The position numbers and the translations under genes are program-made. From an uncultured Gammaproteobacteria bacterium (GTDB taxonomy: Bacteria > Patescibacteriota > Patescibacteriia > SBBC01 > CAIJZX01), in assembly GCA_964397195.1 (NCBI GenBank), contig CAYNGY010000002.1:37239-101238 (forward strand): a stretch of DNA of 64,000 nt, written 5' to 3'. The notes below the pieces were generated by a model. That model did not search any database, was not told the DNA's origin, and was given only the letters and a program-made list of their open reading frames with translations. Position 1 is the stretch's first letter, and each line of letters begins with the position of its first letter. Shown one piece after another: positions 37,132 to 47,716 of this stretch.

Positions 37132-38073
37132 CTAGGCGCCGAGGCCGCGATCACCGATGATCGACTTCAGGTGCTCAATCATGGCGACGCCGCGACGTTC
37201 CTGCGCCGGGTTCGAGACGCGAACTTTCGTCCGCGGCGGACCGAGCAGGGCGCGGGTGATCTCGGCGAGCTTCCGGCCGTGGATCGGCTGGGGCTCGGCG
37301 TGCTTGACCTCTTGCTCGAGCAGTTGCAGACCGGCCTCCAGCTCGATGGCCCGACCGCGCGGCGCGTCGATGGTCTCGTCGACGGAGACGAAGGTCACAT
37401 AGTCGGCGGTCGATTCCCAGGTGGCTACGAACTCGATCAGGCGGGTGAGTGGCCAGGGCGAGCCCGGTGTCCAGACGATCGTCTCATGCTCGTTCGCGAA
37501 CTCGATCTGATGGACACTGATCACGTTGACGTGCCAGGGATAGTGTCCGTCCTTGTTGAGGATCGCCTCCCAGTTCTGGTACTCGGGATCGTATCGATAG
37601 AGGATTCCCGGCTGGCCGTCGCCGAAGCGCGGCATGCGGATTGCGAAGGGGATCGCCGCGCTGAAGTACTGCGGGTGTGGCTTGAACCCAAGCTGACCCG
37701 AGTTCAGTATCGGCGGATCTTGGTGTGCGTGAAGCTCGCCGTCGGGCGTGATGGCGAGCCAACCCTGACCGAACTGGTAGCGGGTCTGCCAGGTCAGGAA
37801 GGACCAGAGCGTGTACAAAACTGCCGCGGACAGCACGGCGATAACCGTCCAGCCTTCGCGGGTGTACGCCTGCCAGTCGCGCTGTGTGTCCGAGAGCGCG
37901 AGGGACATGAAGACGAACAGGGCGATGCCGAAGAGCAGGCAGATAACCCCGTACATCTCCTTCTTCCAGCGCCGGGTGTTCTGCTCAGCTGCGGTCACAT
38001 ACTTCCGATCGAAGTGGTGATCTTGAAGCTGACGTGCCGCCTGGCGACAGGCCCGACAGTTTTCTTGTGACAT
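37132..38073 (-). CDS. hypothetical membrane protein (about 313 aa) with very high GC3, probably horizontally acquired
   Basis: Start at MSQENCRACRQAARQ with SD GGAGGA 5 nt upstream. Two TM helices (VICLLFGIALFVFMSLAL; WTVIAVLSAAVLYTLWSFL) and a W/Y-rich C-terminal domain. The overlapping plus-strand ORF 37114-38070 is D/R/G-rich antisense noise. Confidence 0.55.
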   Translation of the reverse strand: MSQENCRACRQAARQLQDHHFDRKYVTAAEQNTRRWKKEMYGVICLLFGIALFVFMSLALSDTQRDWQAYTREGWTVIAVLSAAVLYTLWSFLTWQTRYQFGQGWLAITPDGELHAHQDPPILNSGQLGFKPHPQYFSAAIPFAIRMPRFGDGQPGILYRYDPEYQNWEAILNKDGHYPWHVNVISVHQIEFANEHETIVWTPGSPWPLTRLIEFVATWESTADYVTFVSVDETIDAPRGRAIELEAGLQLLEQEVKHAEPQPIHGRKLAEITRALLGPPRTKVRVSNPAQERRGVAMIEHLKSIIGDRGLGA

Positions 38074-38571
38074 GGCATCCTCCAGAACCGAATCAGCCTC
38101 GATCCCGCTCCGCTCCAAATCGTCGGAGTCGCGGATACTGATCCGGCGGATGTGGGTCGATCGACCCAATGTGAAGCTACGACCGTCGGACAACGACGGG
38201 ATGGACTTGCTTTATCAGAAAAGAGGGGATTTGTCAATCCCCGATAGCGCAATTTGGGCTAAGATGCGGCCAAAGGAAAAGTACACATTGGCCCATTCAA
38301 TACTGTAACGTTCGGGAGCGAGAAGTGTAACGTTGGGTGTGGGTGATGTGGGGCCGATGTCCTGCCGGACGGGCATTCCTTTTCTCCTTGATGAGAAAAG
38401 GAACCGAAAAGAATCAAGCGGCCGATAAACTCGGGCCGCAAATTGGCGGCCCTCAAACAGTATCGGCCGCGCAACGGTTTCATCGCTTGGAAGACGGACG
38501 GCCAAAACCAACCACCCCTCCCGTGTCATCCCCGCGTAGTCGGGGAAAGGAGGGGCTGGTGGGAAAACGCG
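38074..38571. other. roughly 500-nt non-coding region dense in nested inverted repeats (possible structured RNA, or regulatory/terminator region)
   Basis: Examples: GGCCGATA-aactc-GGGCCGC-aaattg-GCGGCCC-tcaaacag-TATCGGCC (about 38432-38485). CCCCTCC...CCCCG-cgtagt-CGGGG...GGAGGGG (about 38515-38560) directly downstream of the rnj stop. TTTTCTC-cttgat-GAGAAAA. GGGGATT-tgtca-AATCCCC. Confidence 0.4.
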
Positions 38572-40338
38572 TTACGCTTCGAGGATGACCGGGATGATCA
38601 TCGGCTGGCGTTGGGTTTTCTTGAAAATGAATTTTTCCATCTCGTGGCGCAGTTGATCGCGGAGGTCGCGGTCTTGCGGTTTCAGTTTCGGTTGCCGATC
38701 CTTGAGCGCTTTTTTGGCGACGGCGACCATTTCGCCGATGAACCGTCCTTGTTCTTTCATGTGGGTCAAACCGCGGGAGACAATATCGACTTTGCCGATT
38801 CTCCCGGTGCGGGTGTTGAGCTGGGCGACGACGATGACCATGCCATCACCGGCCAGTTGTTTCCGATCGCGGAGGACGAGGGCATTAACATCACCGATGC
38901 CGAGCCCGTCGACAAAGACGGGGTCAATCGGGTGGCGCGTATTCGTGACGTAGCCTTGGCCATGGTGGAATTCAACCACTTGCCCATCATCAGCGAGGAG
39001 AATTTGCTGGTCTGTGTACCCGATGGACTTAGCATTCTTCTTATTTTCCATCAGGTGCGAGTAGCTCCCTTCAATCGGCATGATGTATTTTGCTCGGACC
39101 ATCTTCATGAAGTCGATCAGGTCGGCTTGCTTAGCGTGGCCGCCGGCGTGAATATCGAGCATCTTATAGTCGATGATTTCCGCGCCTTCGCGGTAGAGCC
39201 CATCTTTCAAGCGCTCAACATTTCGTTCATTGCCCGGCACGATTGAGGATGAGAAGACGATGAGATCGTCTTTTTCAATCCGTACGTTCTTGTCCTCATG
39301 GTTGGCGATGCGCATCAGGGCGGCGTTATCTTCGCCTTGGGCGCCGGTGCAGATGATAATGTATTTATCATTCGGCATCCGTTCGATTTCTTCCCAGGGG
39401 AGAATCGTATTCGGTTTAACGCGAATGTAGCCGAGTTCGCGGCCGATCTCGATATTCGTTTTGAGCGAATAGCCCATCAGGTAGACCTTGCGGTTGTACT
39501 GTTCGGCCATGGTCAGGACTTGCTGCATTCGCGAGATCAGCGAGGAGAACATGCCGAAGATGATCCGACCCTTGGTTTGGGTAAACATCGTCTGGATGTT
39601 CTTTTCAATTTCGCCTTCCGAGAGTTGATGTCCCGGTTGGTTCGAACTGGTCGAGTCGAGCATCAGACACATCACGTTTTGTGAGCCGAGGGCTTTAATA
39701 AACTCGAGGTCGGTGCGGTTCGTAACATGGGCACGCGTGTCGAGTTTGAAGTCGCCGGTATGGACAACTTTTCCTTCGGGCGTTTCGATGACTACGCCGA
39801 ATGAACCGGGGATGTTGTGCGAGAGCGAGAAGAACTGCAGTCGGAAATTTCCGATCCGAATCCGGTCGCGATTTTTGACCTTATTCAGTCGAAACTTTGC
39901 GTCCGGGGCGATTTCTTCGGCGCGCTTTTTGATCATGGCGCAGGTCAGGTCCGACGAAAAGATCGGCGGGTTCCCGAGTCGGGGAATCCAGTGTGGCACG
40001 CCACCGGTGTGGTCCATGTGACCATGGGTAATGACGACGCCTTTGATCTGACGCTCTTTCCCGCGGAGGAAGCCGAGGTCGGGGATGATGTAATCAACGC
40101 CCGGCATGTCGTCCTCAGGGAACTGTAACCCAATATCAATAATCAGGTAGTCTTGCGCATATTTCAGCACATAGCAGTTTCGTCCACCGGTCTCTTCGTT
40201 CCCACCGACGGGGATAATTTGGAGGACGTTCTCTTTCCCGAGCGGCGGGCGTTCGCCCTGGGTCGGTTTCGGTTTCGGACGACGCGTGTAGCGCGGTCCA
40301 TCTGGTCGGCGCATACGCGCCTTAGGCCGTTTGGCCAT
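38572..40338 (-). CDS. rnj: ribonuclease J (metallo-beta-lactamase / beta-CASP RNase)
   Basis: VITHGHMDHTGGVP (HxHxDH), the beta-CASP region, and a length of 588 aa with a basic N-terminal extension. Confidence 0.9.
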   Translation of the reverse strand: MAKRPKARMRRPDGPRYTRRPKPKPTQGERPPLGKENVLQIIPVGGNEETGGRNCYVLKYAQDYLIIDIGLQFPEDDMPGVDYIIPDLGFLRGKERQIKGVVITHGHMDHTGGVPHWIPRLGNPPIFSSDLTCAMIKKRAEEIAPDAKFRLNKVKNRDRIRIGNFRLQFFSLSHNIPGSFGVVIETPEGKVVHTGDFKLDTRAHVTNRTDLEFIKALGSQNVMCLMLDSTSSNQPGHQLSEGEIEKNIQTMFTQTKGRIIFGMFSSLISRMQQVLTMAEQYNRKVYLMGYSLKTNIEIGRELGYIRVKPNTILPWEEIERMPNDKYIIICTGAQGEDNAALMRIANHEDKNVRIEKDDLIVFSSSIVPGNERNVERLKDGLYREGAEIIDYKMLDIHAGGHAKQADLIDFMKMVRAKYIMPIEGSYSHLMENKKNAKSIGYTDQQILLADDGQVVEFHHGQGYVTNTRHPIDPVFVDGLGIGDVNALVLRDRKQLAGDGMVIVVAQLNTRTGRIGKVDIVSRGLTHMKEQGRFIGEMVAVAKKALKDRQPKLKPQDRDLRDQLRHEMEKFIFKKTQRQPMIIPVILEA

Positions 40339-40524
40339 AATTCGTTTCCTTTGTCGTTCCGTTCAGTCGTGGAATCACGTTGCCACAAACGGTACAATGT
40401 GTTGATAGTTGCTTGGATGTGGATCCAACACGAAGGTGAATGAAGTCATTCACACTCAAGGCTCATCAGCCGGGGGCTGAGGAATCTTCAATGCCAATAA
40501 CGATGGTATTCATCCCGCACACGT

Positions 40525-40609
40525 GGTGGGCGAGGAGGGAGTCGAACCCTCATGAGATTGCTCTCGCTGGCTCCTGAAGCCAGTGCGTCTGCCATTCCGC
40601 CACTCGCCC
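40525..40609 (-). tRNA. tRNA-Leu (anticodon CAG)
   Basis: Minus-strand read: GGGCGAGTGGCGGAATGGCAGACGCACTGGCTTCAGGAGCCAGCGAGAGCAATCTCATGAGGGTTCGACTCCCTCCTCGCCCACCA. 7-bp acceptor stem, anticodon loop TTCAGGA (CAG), long variable arm, T-loop GGTTCGACTCC, encoded CCA. Confidence 0.85.
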
Positions 40610-40776
40610 ATCATGTATGTGGGACTTTCGGTCGAGAGCGGGTACTCTCGTGGCTGGTTGTAGTGTTAAGCGTGCGAGATCGTTTTCGTCTCAGGGACGC
40701 GGGTGATCAACCCGACGGCATCACCGCAGGGGTGATAAGGGCTCGAGTATACGCCAGAAACCGTTTGGTGTCAAGA

Positions 40777-42573
40777 CTAGCGCCAGGTCAGGGTGGTTTT
40801 GACGTACCACAGCGGTAGGCTGGTGTAGAGGCTACTCGCACTGACCGTCGGGTCGGTTGGCAGGCCGCGGACCGCACTGCGGTGGACCGCGACTGACAAT
40901 TGCTGAACAAGGAAGATGGCTGGGACCTGGTCGGTGATACTAGCGGCGAATTGACGGTAATCCTCACTTCGGGTGTCGAATGACGTGGTTGAGCGGGCAT
41001 CTCCGAGCTTGGCGTCGACCGTCTTGTCGTAAAAGAGTGCGAGGTTATACCCTGGATCGCGTTGTTGGCTTGAGTGCCAAAACGGGAAGAGATCTCCATC
41101 GGCATCGTAAATTTGGCCGAAGAGAAGCGCATCGTACGTCCGTGGTTTGACGACATCGCGTTGGATTCGGCTCGTATCAATCGTTTTCACTTCAACATTT
41201 GCTCCGAGCTCTTTCCAGGCATTTGTCAGGGTGGTCGCCATGCTGATGTATGTTGGTTCATCCGGGATGGTTAGACTAAAGGCGAGTACCGCCGATCCTT
41301 TTTGTCGGAAGCCTTGGTCGTTCTTTTTCCAGCCTTTCTGTTCGAGCAATGTGACGGCGGCAGCCATGTCGCTGGTCGGAATGGTGCGAGTTGCATCATA
41401 CCCGGGATATTTCGGTAGGATCGGACTGGCGAGCGGGATGGCGTGGTTCGGGAGGGCGGCCTCAATAAGCTTCGGTCGGTCGATAACCATCGCTAGGGCT
41501 TGGCGAACTTCGAGCGCCTTAATCGCCACATTCGTTTTTTGATTAAAGAATACGGCGGTGATTTGGCTAATCGGCGTGGCGGTTCGAACGTCCTTTTTCG
41601 CCACGGCAGCTGATTCGCTCACGGTCGCGTTTCCAAAGACATCAATCGCTTCGGTTTTTAGGGCCTCGATGGCCGATTCACGATCGGGATAGAATTTTGC
41701 GACAACCTTCTGGGCGTACGGAGCCGCAGCGTGATAAAACTTATTGCGGGTGAAGGCGATCGATTTTATTCCGCCGTTCCGATCTTTCGTGACGCTGAGA
41801 AACTTATACGGTCCGTCGGTGATTGGTTTCACGTTTAACTCAGCGAGGGCGATTGTTTGCGGCGTAGCATCGGACCAGGCGTGAAATGGAAGGAGTCCGA
41901 TTTCGAAATAGTAGGGGAACGCGGTCAGTGCTTTTTCGAGGGTGATGACGGCGGTCCGTTCGTCCGGCGTTTCAACCGTTGCGGTTTGGAAGAGCGATCG
42001 GTATGGCGAAGCAAAATTTGGATCCTTAATTGTTTCGATGGTGAAGCGCACGTCATCCGCTGTCAGTGGTTCACCGTCCGACCATTTCAAATCTGGTTTG
42101 AGCTTGACGGTGTAGGTTTTGCGATCATCCGAAGCGGTGATGCTCTCGGCGAGATCGGGTACCGGCTGGAAGGCTCGGTCGATTTGTGCGACGCCGCGGA
42201 AGAGGAGCTTGGTCAGATCGGCGTCGAGTGTATTCGGCTGGGCCAGAACGGGGTTGATAAATTGTGGCGTCCCAACAAAACCAATCGTGATTGTCCCGCC
42301 TTGTTTGGCAACGCGGGAGACGTGAGATGAGCTGAGGGTGACAAAGAAAACGATGGCGCCGATGACGGCGATGGCGCCCGAAAATCGTATCCACAGGCGG
42401 TCAGATTTAGAAAAGAGAGTAGGCAGGGTGCGCCATTGGCGGCCACTCGGTATGCGCGACTGATTGAAGCTCAGGACTAGCTTTTGATCGTCAGCGGCGA
42501 TCGAATCTGTACTCGCATGAAAACCGCCCCGTGATCGCCAACGGCGCAGTGTCTCGCGCAAACGATTCAACAT
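40777..42573 (-). CDS. ABC transporter substrate-binding protein, family 5 (oligopeptide/dipeptide-binding-like)
   Basis: 598 aa with an N-terminal TM/signal anchor (AIAVIGAIVFFVTL). Size and sequence style (...KWSDGEPLTADDVRFT...) match SBP_bac_5 proteins. Confidence 0.75.
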   Translation of the reverse strand: MLNRLRETLRRWRSRGGFHASTDSIAADDQKLVLSFNQSRIPSGRQWRTLPTLFSKSDRLWIRFSGAIAVIGAIVFFVTLSSSHVSRVAKQGGTITIGFVGTPQFINPVLAQPNTLDADLTKLLFRGVAQIDRAFQPVPDLAESITASDDRKTYTVKLKPDLKWSDGEPLTADDVRFTIETIKDPNFASPYRSLFQTATVETPDERTAVITLEKALTAFPYYFEIGLLPFHAWSDATPQTIALAELNVKPITDGPYKFLSVTKDRNGGIKSIAFTRNKFYHAAAPYAQKVVAKFYPDRESAIEALKTEAIDVFGNATVSESAAVAKKDVRTATPISQITAVFFNQKTNVAIKALEVRQALAMVIDRPKLIEAALPNHAIPLASPILPKYPGYDATRTIPTSDMAAAVTLLEQKGWKKNDQGFRQKGSAVLAFSLTIPDEPTYISMATTLTNAWKELGANVEVKTIDTSRIQRDVVKPRTYDALLFGQIYDADGDLFPFWHSSQQRDPGYNLALFYDKTVDAKLGDARSTTSFDTRSEDYRQFAASITDQVPAIFLVQQLSVAVHRSAVRGLPTDPTVSASSLYTSLPLWYVKTTLTWR

Positions 42574-42582
42574 ACCGACGCG

Positions 42583-42816
42583 TTAGCGAACAATGAGGCT
42601 GGCAATGGCCGTCACGAACCACAAAACCACCAAGACGATGGTGGTGATAAAGACGATTCGTTCCGCGCCTCGCCGGGTGCGGTAGGCGTTACTATCGCCA
42701 CCGCCGAAGACAGCCGAGACGCCCGACCCTTTACTCTGGAGGAGTACAAGGACGATAATAAAGACGGAGATGACGTCTTGCGTAATGATGAGACCTTTGG
42801 GAAGCCAGGCGGGCAT
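42583..42816 (-). CDS. secG: preprotein translocase subunit SecG
   Basis: Two TM helices flanking LLQSKGSGVSAVFGGGDS, the SecG LLQxGKGxGLxxxFGGG signature. Confidence 0.7.
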   Translation of the reverse strand: MPAWLPKGLIITQDVISVFIIVLVLLQSKGSGVSAVFGGGDSNAYRTRRGAERIVFITTIVLVVLWFVTAIASLIVR

Positions 42817-42869
42817 AGGAAATTTCTAGCCGGACTACTCTACCATGTTCGGGTCAGCACGTCAATCAT

Positions 42870-44630
42870 TTAGCCGATGTGATTGCGAATGTGGTGGACA
42901 CGTTTTGGTCCAACGACGTGGGCCAGATCGTCATCAGAGGCTTGGCGAATGTTCTGGATGGTACCAAAGGCGTTTCGGAGGGCCTTAATCGTCGTTGGTC
43001 CGACGCCGGGGATGGTATCAAGGATTGAACGAACGGTTTCACGGCGGTGTTTGTGTCTGTAGAAGCTGATCGCAAAGCGATGGGCTTCGTCGCGAATGTT
43101 TTGTAACAAGTGGAGTTCGGCCGAGCCCTTTGTAAAGCGGATCGATGTCCGTTGTCCCGGTACGAAAACTTCCTCGTGTTCTTTTGCTAACGCGGCGACT
43201 GGTACGTGTTCGAGTAGGCCTGGTACGGAGCGAAGGACAACGTTGAGTTGCGGAATGCCGCCATCGAGCAGGAGTAAATCGGGAAGCGGCCAGCCAGATT
43301 CATCGTGCCTGGCAAACCGTCGACGAATGACTTCAGCCAGTCGATGCATGTCATCCGGAATGTTGGTATTGCGAATGGTGAACTTGCGGTAGGCTGATGG
43401 TTTGGCCCGTCCGTCTTCAAAAACGACCATCGATGCCACAGCGTGTCGCCCCTGAAAATTTGAGACGTCGTACATTTCAATCCGGCGCGGTGTGCGGGGT
43501 AGCGATAAGCCGTGGGTGAGTTCTTCGAGCGCGAGCGATATTTTGGCTTGCTCGGCTGATTCTTGGGTCGCCTGTCGTTCATGGGCCTCAAGGGCGTTTT
43601 CGTGGGCAATGGTCAGTAGGCGGCGTTTCACCCCGCGGGTGGCATGGTGGATGTGAATTTGGAGCGCGGTTTCGAGCTGGGCCTCGACCGGCGTTGGGAC
43701 AATCACGGCTGACGGGTGGGCGGTCGATTGGGCGTAGTACTGGCTGATGAAGGCTTGGAGAATTTCCGGATCCGTCGCGTCGATGGTTGTGCGCAGCGGG
43801 TGCTGGTTGCGCTGGACAAGCTTGCCTTGGCGAACCTGTAAGACGGCAATCATGGCGGTGCGCTCGCGTCGAGCTAAACCGAGCACGTCGAATGATTCAC
43901 GACTCGTGGTGACTACCGCCTGATCTGCCAGGACGTGTTCGAGTGCCTGCAGTCGATCGCGATATCGTGCCGCGTTCTCGTAGTCGTGTTTTTTCGCCGC
44001 GATCGCCATCGCGCGCCGTAACTCGCGGAGGACACCGCCGGTGTGGCCTTGGAGAAAATGGACTAACTGCTTGATCACGTGCGCGTAGCGTTCCTGGCTT
44101 CCGGGTCCGGTGTCATGACCGAGACAGCGTCCAAGTTGGGCATCAAAGCAAGGTGTTTCCGGCGGATTCGGACAATTTTTATATGGAAATAACCGCTTCA
44201 GTAGTTTTAGCGTCTGTCGGACGGCAAAACCGGATGGGTACGGTCCGAAGTATTGGCTCCCATCAAGGACGACACGTCGGACGGTGGTGATACTCGGATA
44301 GGCTTCGGCTAAGCCGATGCGAATGTACTGATAAAACTTATCGTCTGTTAAGAGAATATTGTACTTCGGACGGAATTTTTTTATCAGTGTTGATTCGAGG
44401 AGGAGCGCCTCGGTTTCGGTGCGAACGATAATCGTTTCGAGACGGGTAATGAGTTGGACCATCAGCGCTTTGGCTGGGGTTAAGTCGGCGGCCGGACGAA
44501 AATATGAACTGACCCGAGACCGAAGACGTTTTGCTTTCCCGATGTACAGGATTTCGTTATCGGCACCAAAAAAGGTGTAGACACCGGGCTTTTGTGGCAG
44601 GGCTGAGGCGAGTTGAGCGGGAGTGGCCAT
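42870..44630 (-). CDS. uvrC: excinuclease ABC subunit C
   Basis: N-terminal GIY-YIG (PGVYTFFGADNEILYIGKAKRLRSRVSSYF), the UvrC homology region, and C-terminal RNase H-like/HhH (GVGPTTIKALRNAFGTIQNI). Start at ATG 44630, preceded by TGgTATACT 6 nt upstream (leaderless). Confidence 0.9.
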   Translation of the reverse strand: MATPAQLASALPQKPGVYTFFGADNEILYIGKAKRLRSRVSSYFRPAADLTPAKALMVQLITRLETIIVRTETEALLLESTLIKKFRPKYNILLTDDKFYQYIRIGLAEAYPSITTVRRVVLDGSQYFGPYPSGFAVRQTLKLLKRLFPYKNCPNPPETPCFDAQLGRCLGHDTGPGSQERYAHVIKQLVHFLQGHTGGVLRELRRAMAIAAKKHDYENAARYRDRLQALEHVLADQAVVTTSRESFDVLGLARRERTAMIAVLQVRQGKLVQRNQHPLRTTIDATDPEILQAFISQYYAQSTAHPSAVIVPTPVEAQLETALQIHIHHATRGVKRRLLTIAHENALEAHERQATQESAEQAKISLALEELTHGLSLPRTPRRIEMYDVSNFQGRHAVASMVVFEDGRAKPSAYRKFTIRNTNIPDDMHRLAEVIRRRFARHDESGWPLPDLLLLDGGIPQLNVVLRSVPGLLEHVPVAALAKEHEEVFVPGQRTSIRFTKGSAELHLLQNIRDEAHRFAISFYRHKHRRETVRSILDTIPGVGPTTIKALRNAFGTIQNIRQASDDDLAHVVGPKRVHHIRNHIG

Positions 44631-44659
44631 GTGCCGAGTATACCACGACCCAACCGGGC

Positions 44660-44688
44660 TTGACTGGTCTTGACGACGGGTGTACACT
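44660..44688 (+). promoter_or_regulatory. putative uvrA promoter (TTGACT-N17-TACACT), divergent from the uvrC -10 (TATACT on the minus strand at 44637-44642)
   Basis: -35 TTGACT 44660-44665 and -10 TACACT 44683-44688. These are back-to-back with the uvrC leaderless promoter inside a roughly 90-nt divergent region. Confidence 0.5.
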
Positions 44689-44721
44689 GTCCGCGCTTTT
44701 TGCGTCCATAGTTATTTTTTC

Positions 44722-47676
44722 ATGGCTCGCCCCACACCCTCGAAGAAATCGGTATCGGCCGATACGGTTCAAAATGGTTCAGTGATTCGCGTCCGTGGGG
44801 CGCGGGTCCACAACTTAAAGAATATCGATGTTGACATCCCCCGAAATCAACTCGTGGTCTTAACGGGGTTATCGGGGTCGGGCAAATCATCACTGGCGTT
44901 TGATACGATTTATGCTGAAGGACAGCGCCGGTATGTTGAATCTCTGTCGGCATACGCCCGACAGTTCTTGGGTTTGATGGATAAGCCGGATGTCGATCAA
45001 ATTGATGGGCTATCCCCGGCTATTTCGATTGACCAAAAAACGACCTCCCATAACCCACGCTCAACGGTTGGGACGGTGACGGAAGTCTATGACTACTTGC
45101 GACTGCTGTACGCGCGAGTTGGGATTCCACACTGTCCAGTGTGTGGGCGAGTGGTGACGAAGCAAACCATCGATCAGATTATGCACCAAGTGCTAGCCTT
45201 ACCAAAAGGCACCCGGATCGCCATTTTGGCTCCGGTGGTGCGGAACCAAAAAGGAGAGCACAAATCGATTATCCCGGATGTACGGAAAGCCGGATTCGTG
45301 CGGGTGCGGTTCGACGGACGGGTGGTGAGTCTTGAGGAAGCGGAAGACCTGACTGTTGATAAGCAGAAAAAGCATAATGTTGAAATCGTGGTTGATCGAT
45401 TGACGCTCGGCGTCGATGATCAGGAAAAGACGGAAGACAATAAGACGCGTATCTACGACTCGCTCGAAACAGCCTTAGATTTGGGTGAGGGCTTGGTGAT
45501 TGTGAATCGGGATGATACACAGAGCGACATTCTTTTTAGCGAGCACTTTGCCTGTCCGTACGACAACTTGTCGTTCCCGCCCATTGAGCCGCGAACATTC
45601 TCGTTTAATAACCCAAATGGTGCCTGTCCCGATTGTACTGGCCTCGGAACGAAGCTTGAAATTGACCCAGACCTCGTTATTCCGAATAAACGACTGAGCT
45701 TGGCGGAGGGCGCAATTCGGCCGTGGTCGCGGACGAGCTCGAACCAAACCTGGTATTTCCGAATTCTCGAAGCGGTGGCGCAGGAAGAAGGCTTTTCAAT
45801 GAATGTGTCGGTCGAGAAGCTACAACCGGCACAGTTGCAAAAGGTGTTATACGGCACGGGCGACCAAACCTATGACGTCAACAATTCTGGTGGCACCGGG
45901 AAAGTGCGTGAATATTGGACAACCTATGAAGGGGTGATTCCAAACTTGATGCGACGGTATAAGGAGACGGAATCTGAATACATGCGAGCGGAAATTGAGC
46001 GCTACATGCGTGTCTTTCCGTGTCCGACCTGTGAAGGGAAGCGGCTGAAGCCGGAAGCGTTGAGCGTGACCGTCGCCGGGCATCACATCGCGTCCGTTTC
46101 AAATATGAATATCGCTGCGGCCCGGACATTCTTTGACGCCCTGGCTGGGATTGGATCGTATGAGGACGTTAAAAAGTTGACCGATCGGGAAATGAAGATC
46201 GCCGTACAGATTTTGAAAGAAATTCGGGCGCGATTAACTTTTCTTCATAACGTTGGTCTTGATTATCTGACGCTTGACCGGACCGCGTCAACACTGGCTG
46301 GCGGCGAAGCGCAACGTATCCGCTTGGCGACGCAGATCGGATCGTCGCTGGTCGGGGTGGTCTATATTCTTGATGAACCGTCTATTGGTCTCCATCAACG
46401 CGATAACGATAAGCTGATCGAAACATTGCTTCGTCTGCGCGATCTCGGCAATACCGTTTTGGTTGTTGAGCACGATGAGGCGACGATGCGCGCGGCCGAT
46501 ACCCTGATTGATATCGGTCCCGGGGCGGGGGAACACGGTGGGCATGTGGTTTCCATCGGCACACCCGATGCGGTCATGAAAGATCCGAAATCGTTAACCG
46601 GAAAATATCTTTCCGGAAAAATGAGCATTCCAGTCCCAACCACATTCCGAAAAGGCAACGGAAAGTCCATCCAGATTCTCGGCGCGGAAGAGTTCAACCT
46701 GAAAAAGGTAGATGTTGAGATTCCACTCGGAAAGTTCGTCGCGATTACCGGTGTTTCTGGCTCCGGAAAATCGACGCTGATGACCGATATTCTGGCTCGG
46801 GCCTTGAATCAGCATTTCTATAATGCCAAAGATCTTCCGGGTAAACACAAGGATCTCAAAGGCCTCGAACACCTTGATAAGGTGGTCGATATCGATCAAT
46901 CACCTATCGGCCGAACACCGCGCTCTAACCCGGCGACGTATACTGGCGTTTTCACCTCGATCCGCGACCTCTTTACGCAGGTCCCAGAAGCCAAGATGCG
47001 CGGGTATGGCCCGGGCCGGTTCTCATTTAACGTCAAAGGTGGTCGGTGTGAAGCCTGTGAGGGTGACGGGGTGGTGAAGATTGAAATGCAGTTCCTACCT
47101 GATGTATATGTCGAGTGTGAGGAATGCCATGGCCAGCGGTATAACCAACAGGCGCTGGAAATTCGATATAAAGGCAAGAATATCGCCGAAATATTGAATA
47201 TGACGGTCGAAGAGTCGTCACATTTCTTCGAACACATCCCGGCGATTCATCAGAAACTGAAAACACTGACCGAAGTTGGTCTCGGATATATTCATCTTGG
47301 TCAGCCAGCCACGACGCTCTCCGGTGGTGAAGCCCAGCGTGTGAAGTTGGCTACCGAGTTATCGCGACGGGCGACCGGGAAAACGCTTTACATCCTTGAT
47401 GAACCGACCACCGGGCTCCATGTTGATGATGTGAAACGTTTACTCCACGTGATCAATCAACTCGTCGAAAAGGGGAACACGGTCCTCGTGATTGAGCACA
47501 ATCTCGACATTATTAAGTCAGCGGACTGGATCATCGACCTCGGGCCGGAAGGCGGCGACGGAGGCGGGCAGATTGTGGCGACCGGGACGCCGCGTGATGT
47601 GGCGAAGGTGAAGGGGAGTTACACCGGTCAATACTTAGCCTCAATTTTTCAGTCGGCGAAACCAAAAAAGGCCTAG
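44722..47676 (+). CDS. uvrA: excinuclease ABC subunit A
   Basis: Start at MARPTPSKK...[37 protein letters not shown]. Two ABC ATPase modules, zinc-finger Cys clusters ([22 protein letters not shown]...CEECHGQ) and LSGGEAQR signature motifs. Confidence 0.96.
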   Translation: MARPTPSKKSVSADTVQNGSVIRVRGARVHNLKNIDVDIPRNQLVVLTGLSGSGKSSLAFDTIYAEGQRRYVESLSAYARQFLGLMDKPDVDQIDGLSPAISIDQKTTSHNPRSTVGTVTEVYDYLRLLYARVGIPHCPVCGRVVTKQTIDQIMHQVLALPKGTRIAILAPVVRNQKGEHKSIIPDVRKAGFVRVRFDGRVVSLEEAEDLTVDKQKKHNVEIVVDRLTLGVDDQEKTEDNKTRIYDSLETALDLGEGLVIVNRDDTQSDILFSEHFACPYDNLSFPPIEPRTFSFNNPNGACPDCTGLGTKLEIDPDLVIPNKRLSLAEGAIRPWSRTSSNQTWYFRILEAVAQEEGFSMNVSVEKLQPAQLQKVLYGTGDQTYDVNNSGGTGKVREYWTTYEGVIPNLMRRYKETESEYMRAEIERYMRVFPCPTCEGKRLKPEALSVTVAGHHIASVSNMNIAAARTFFDALAGIGSYEDVKKLTDREMKIAVQILKEIRARLTFLHNVGLDYLTLDRTASTLAGGEAQRIRLATQIGSSLVGVVYILDEPSIGLHQRDNDKLIETLLRLRDLGNTVLVVEHDEATMRAADTLIDIGPGAGEHGGHVVSIGTPDAVMKDPKSLTGKYLSGKMSIPVPTTFRKGNGKSIQILGAEEFNLKKVDVEIPLGKFVAITGVSGSGKSTLMTDILARALNQHFYNAKDLPGKHKDLKGLEHLDKVVDIDQSPIGRTPRSNPATYTGVFTSIRDLFTQVPEAKMRGYGPGRFSFNVKGGRCEACEGDGVVKIEMQFLPDVYVECEECHGQRYNQQALEIRYKGKNIAEILNMTVEESSHFFEHIPAIHQKLKTLTEVGLGYIHLGQPATTLSGGEAQRVKLATELSRRATGKTLYILDEPTTGLHVDDVKRLLHVINQLVEKGNTVLVIEHNLDIIKSADWIIDLGPEGGDGGGQIVATGTPRDVAKVKGSYTGQYLASIFQSAKPKKA

Positions 47677-47716
47677 GCTTGCCGACTCCTCGTCCGCAGG
47701 ATAGGATGGACGAGCT

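Noticed and set aside
37114-38070. 318-aa plus-strand ORF
   Set aside because: Antisense to the TM-containing 37132-38073 gene. D/R/G/L-rich low-complexity translation.
40552-40818. 88-aa ORF on the plus strand
   Set aside because: It overlaps the tRNA-Leu gene (40525-40609, minus strand) and the SBP gene end, so it is spurious.
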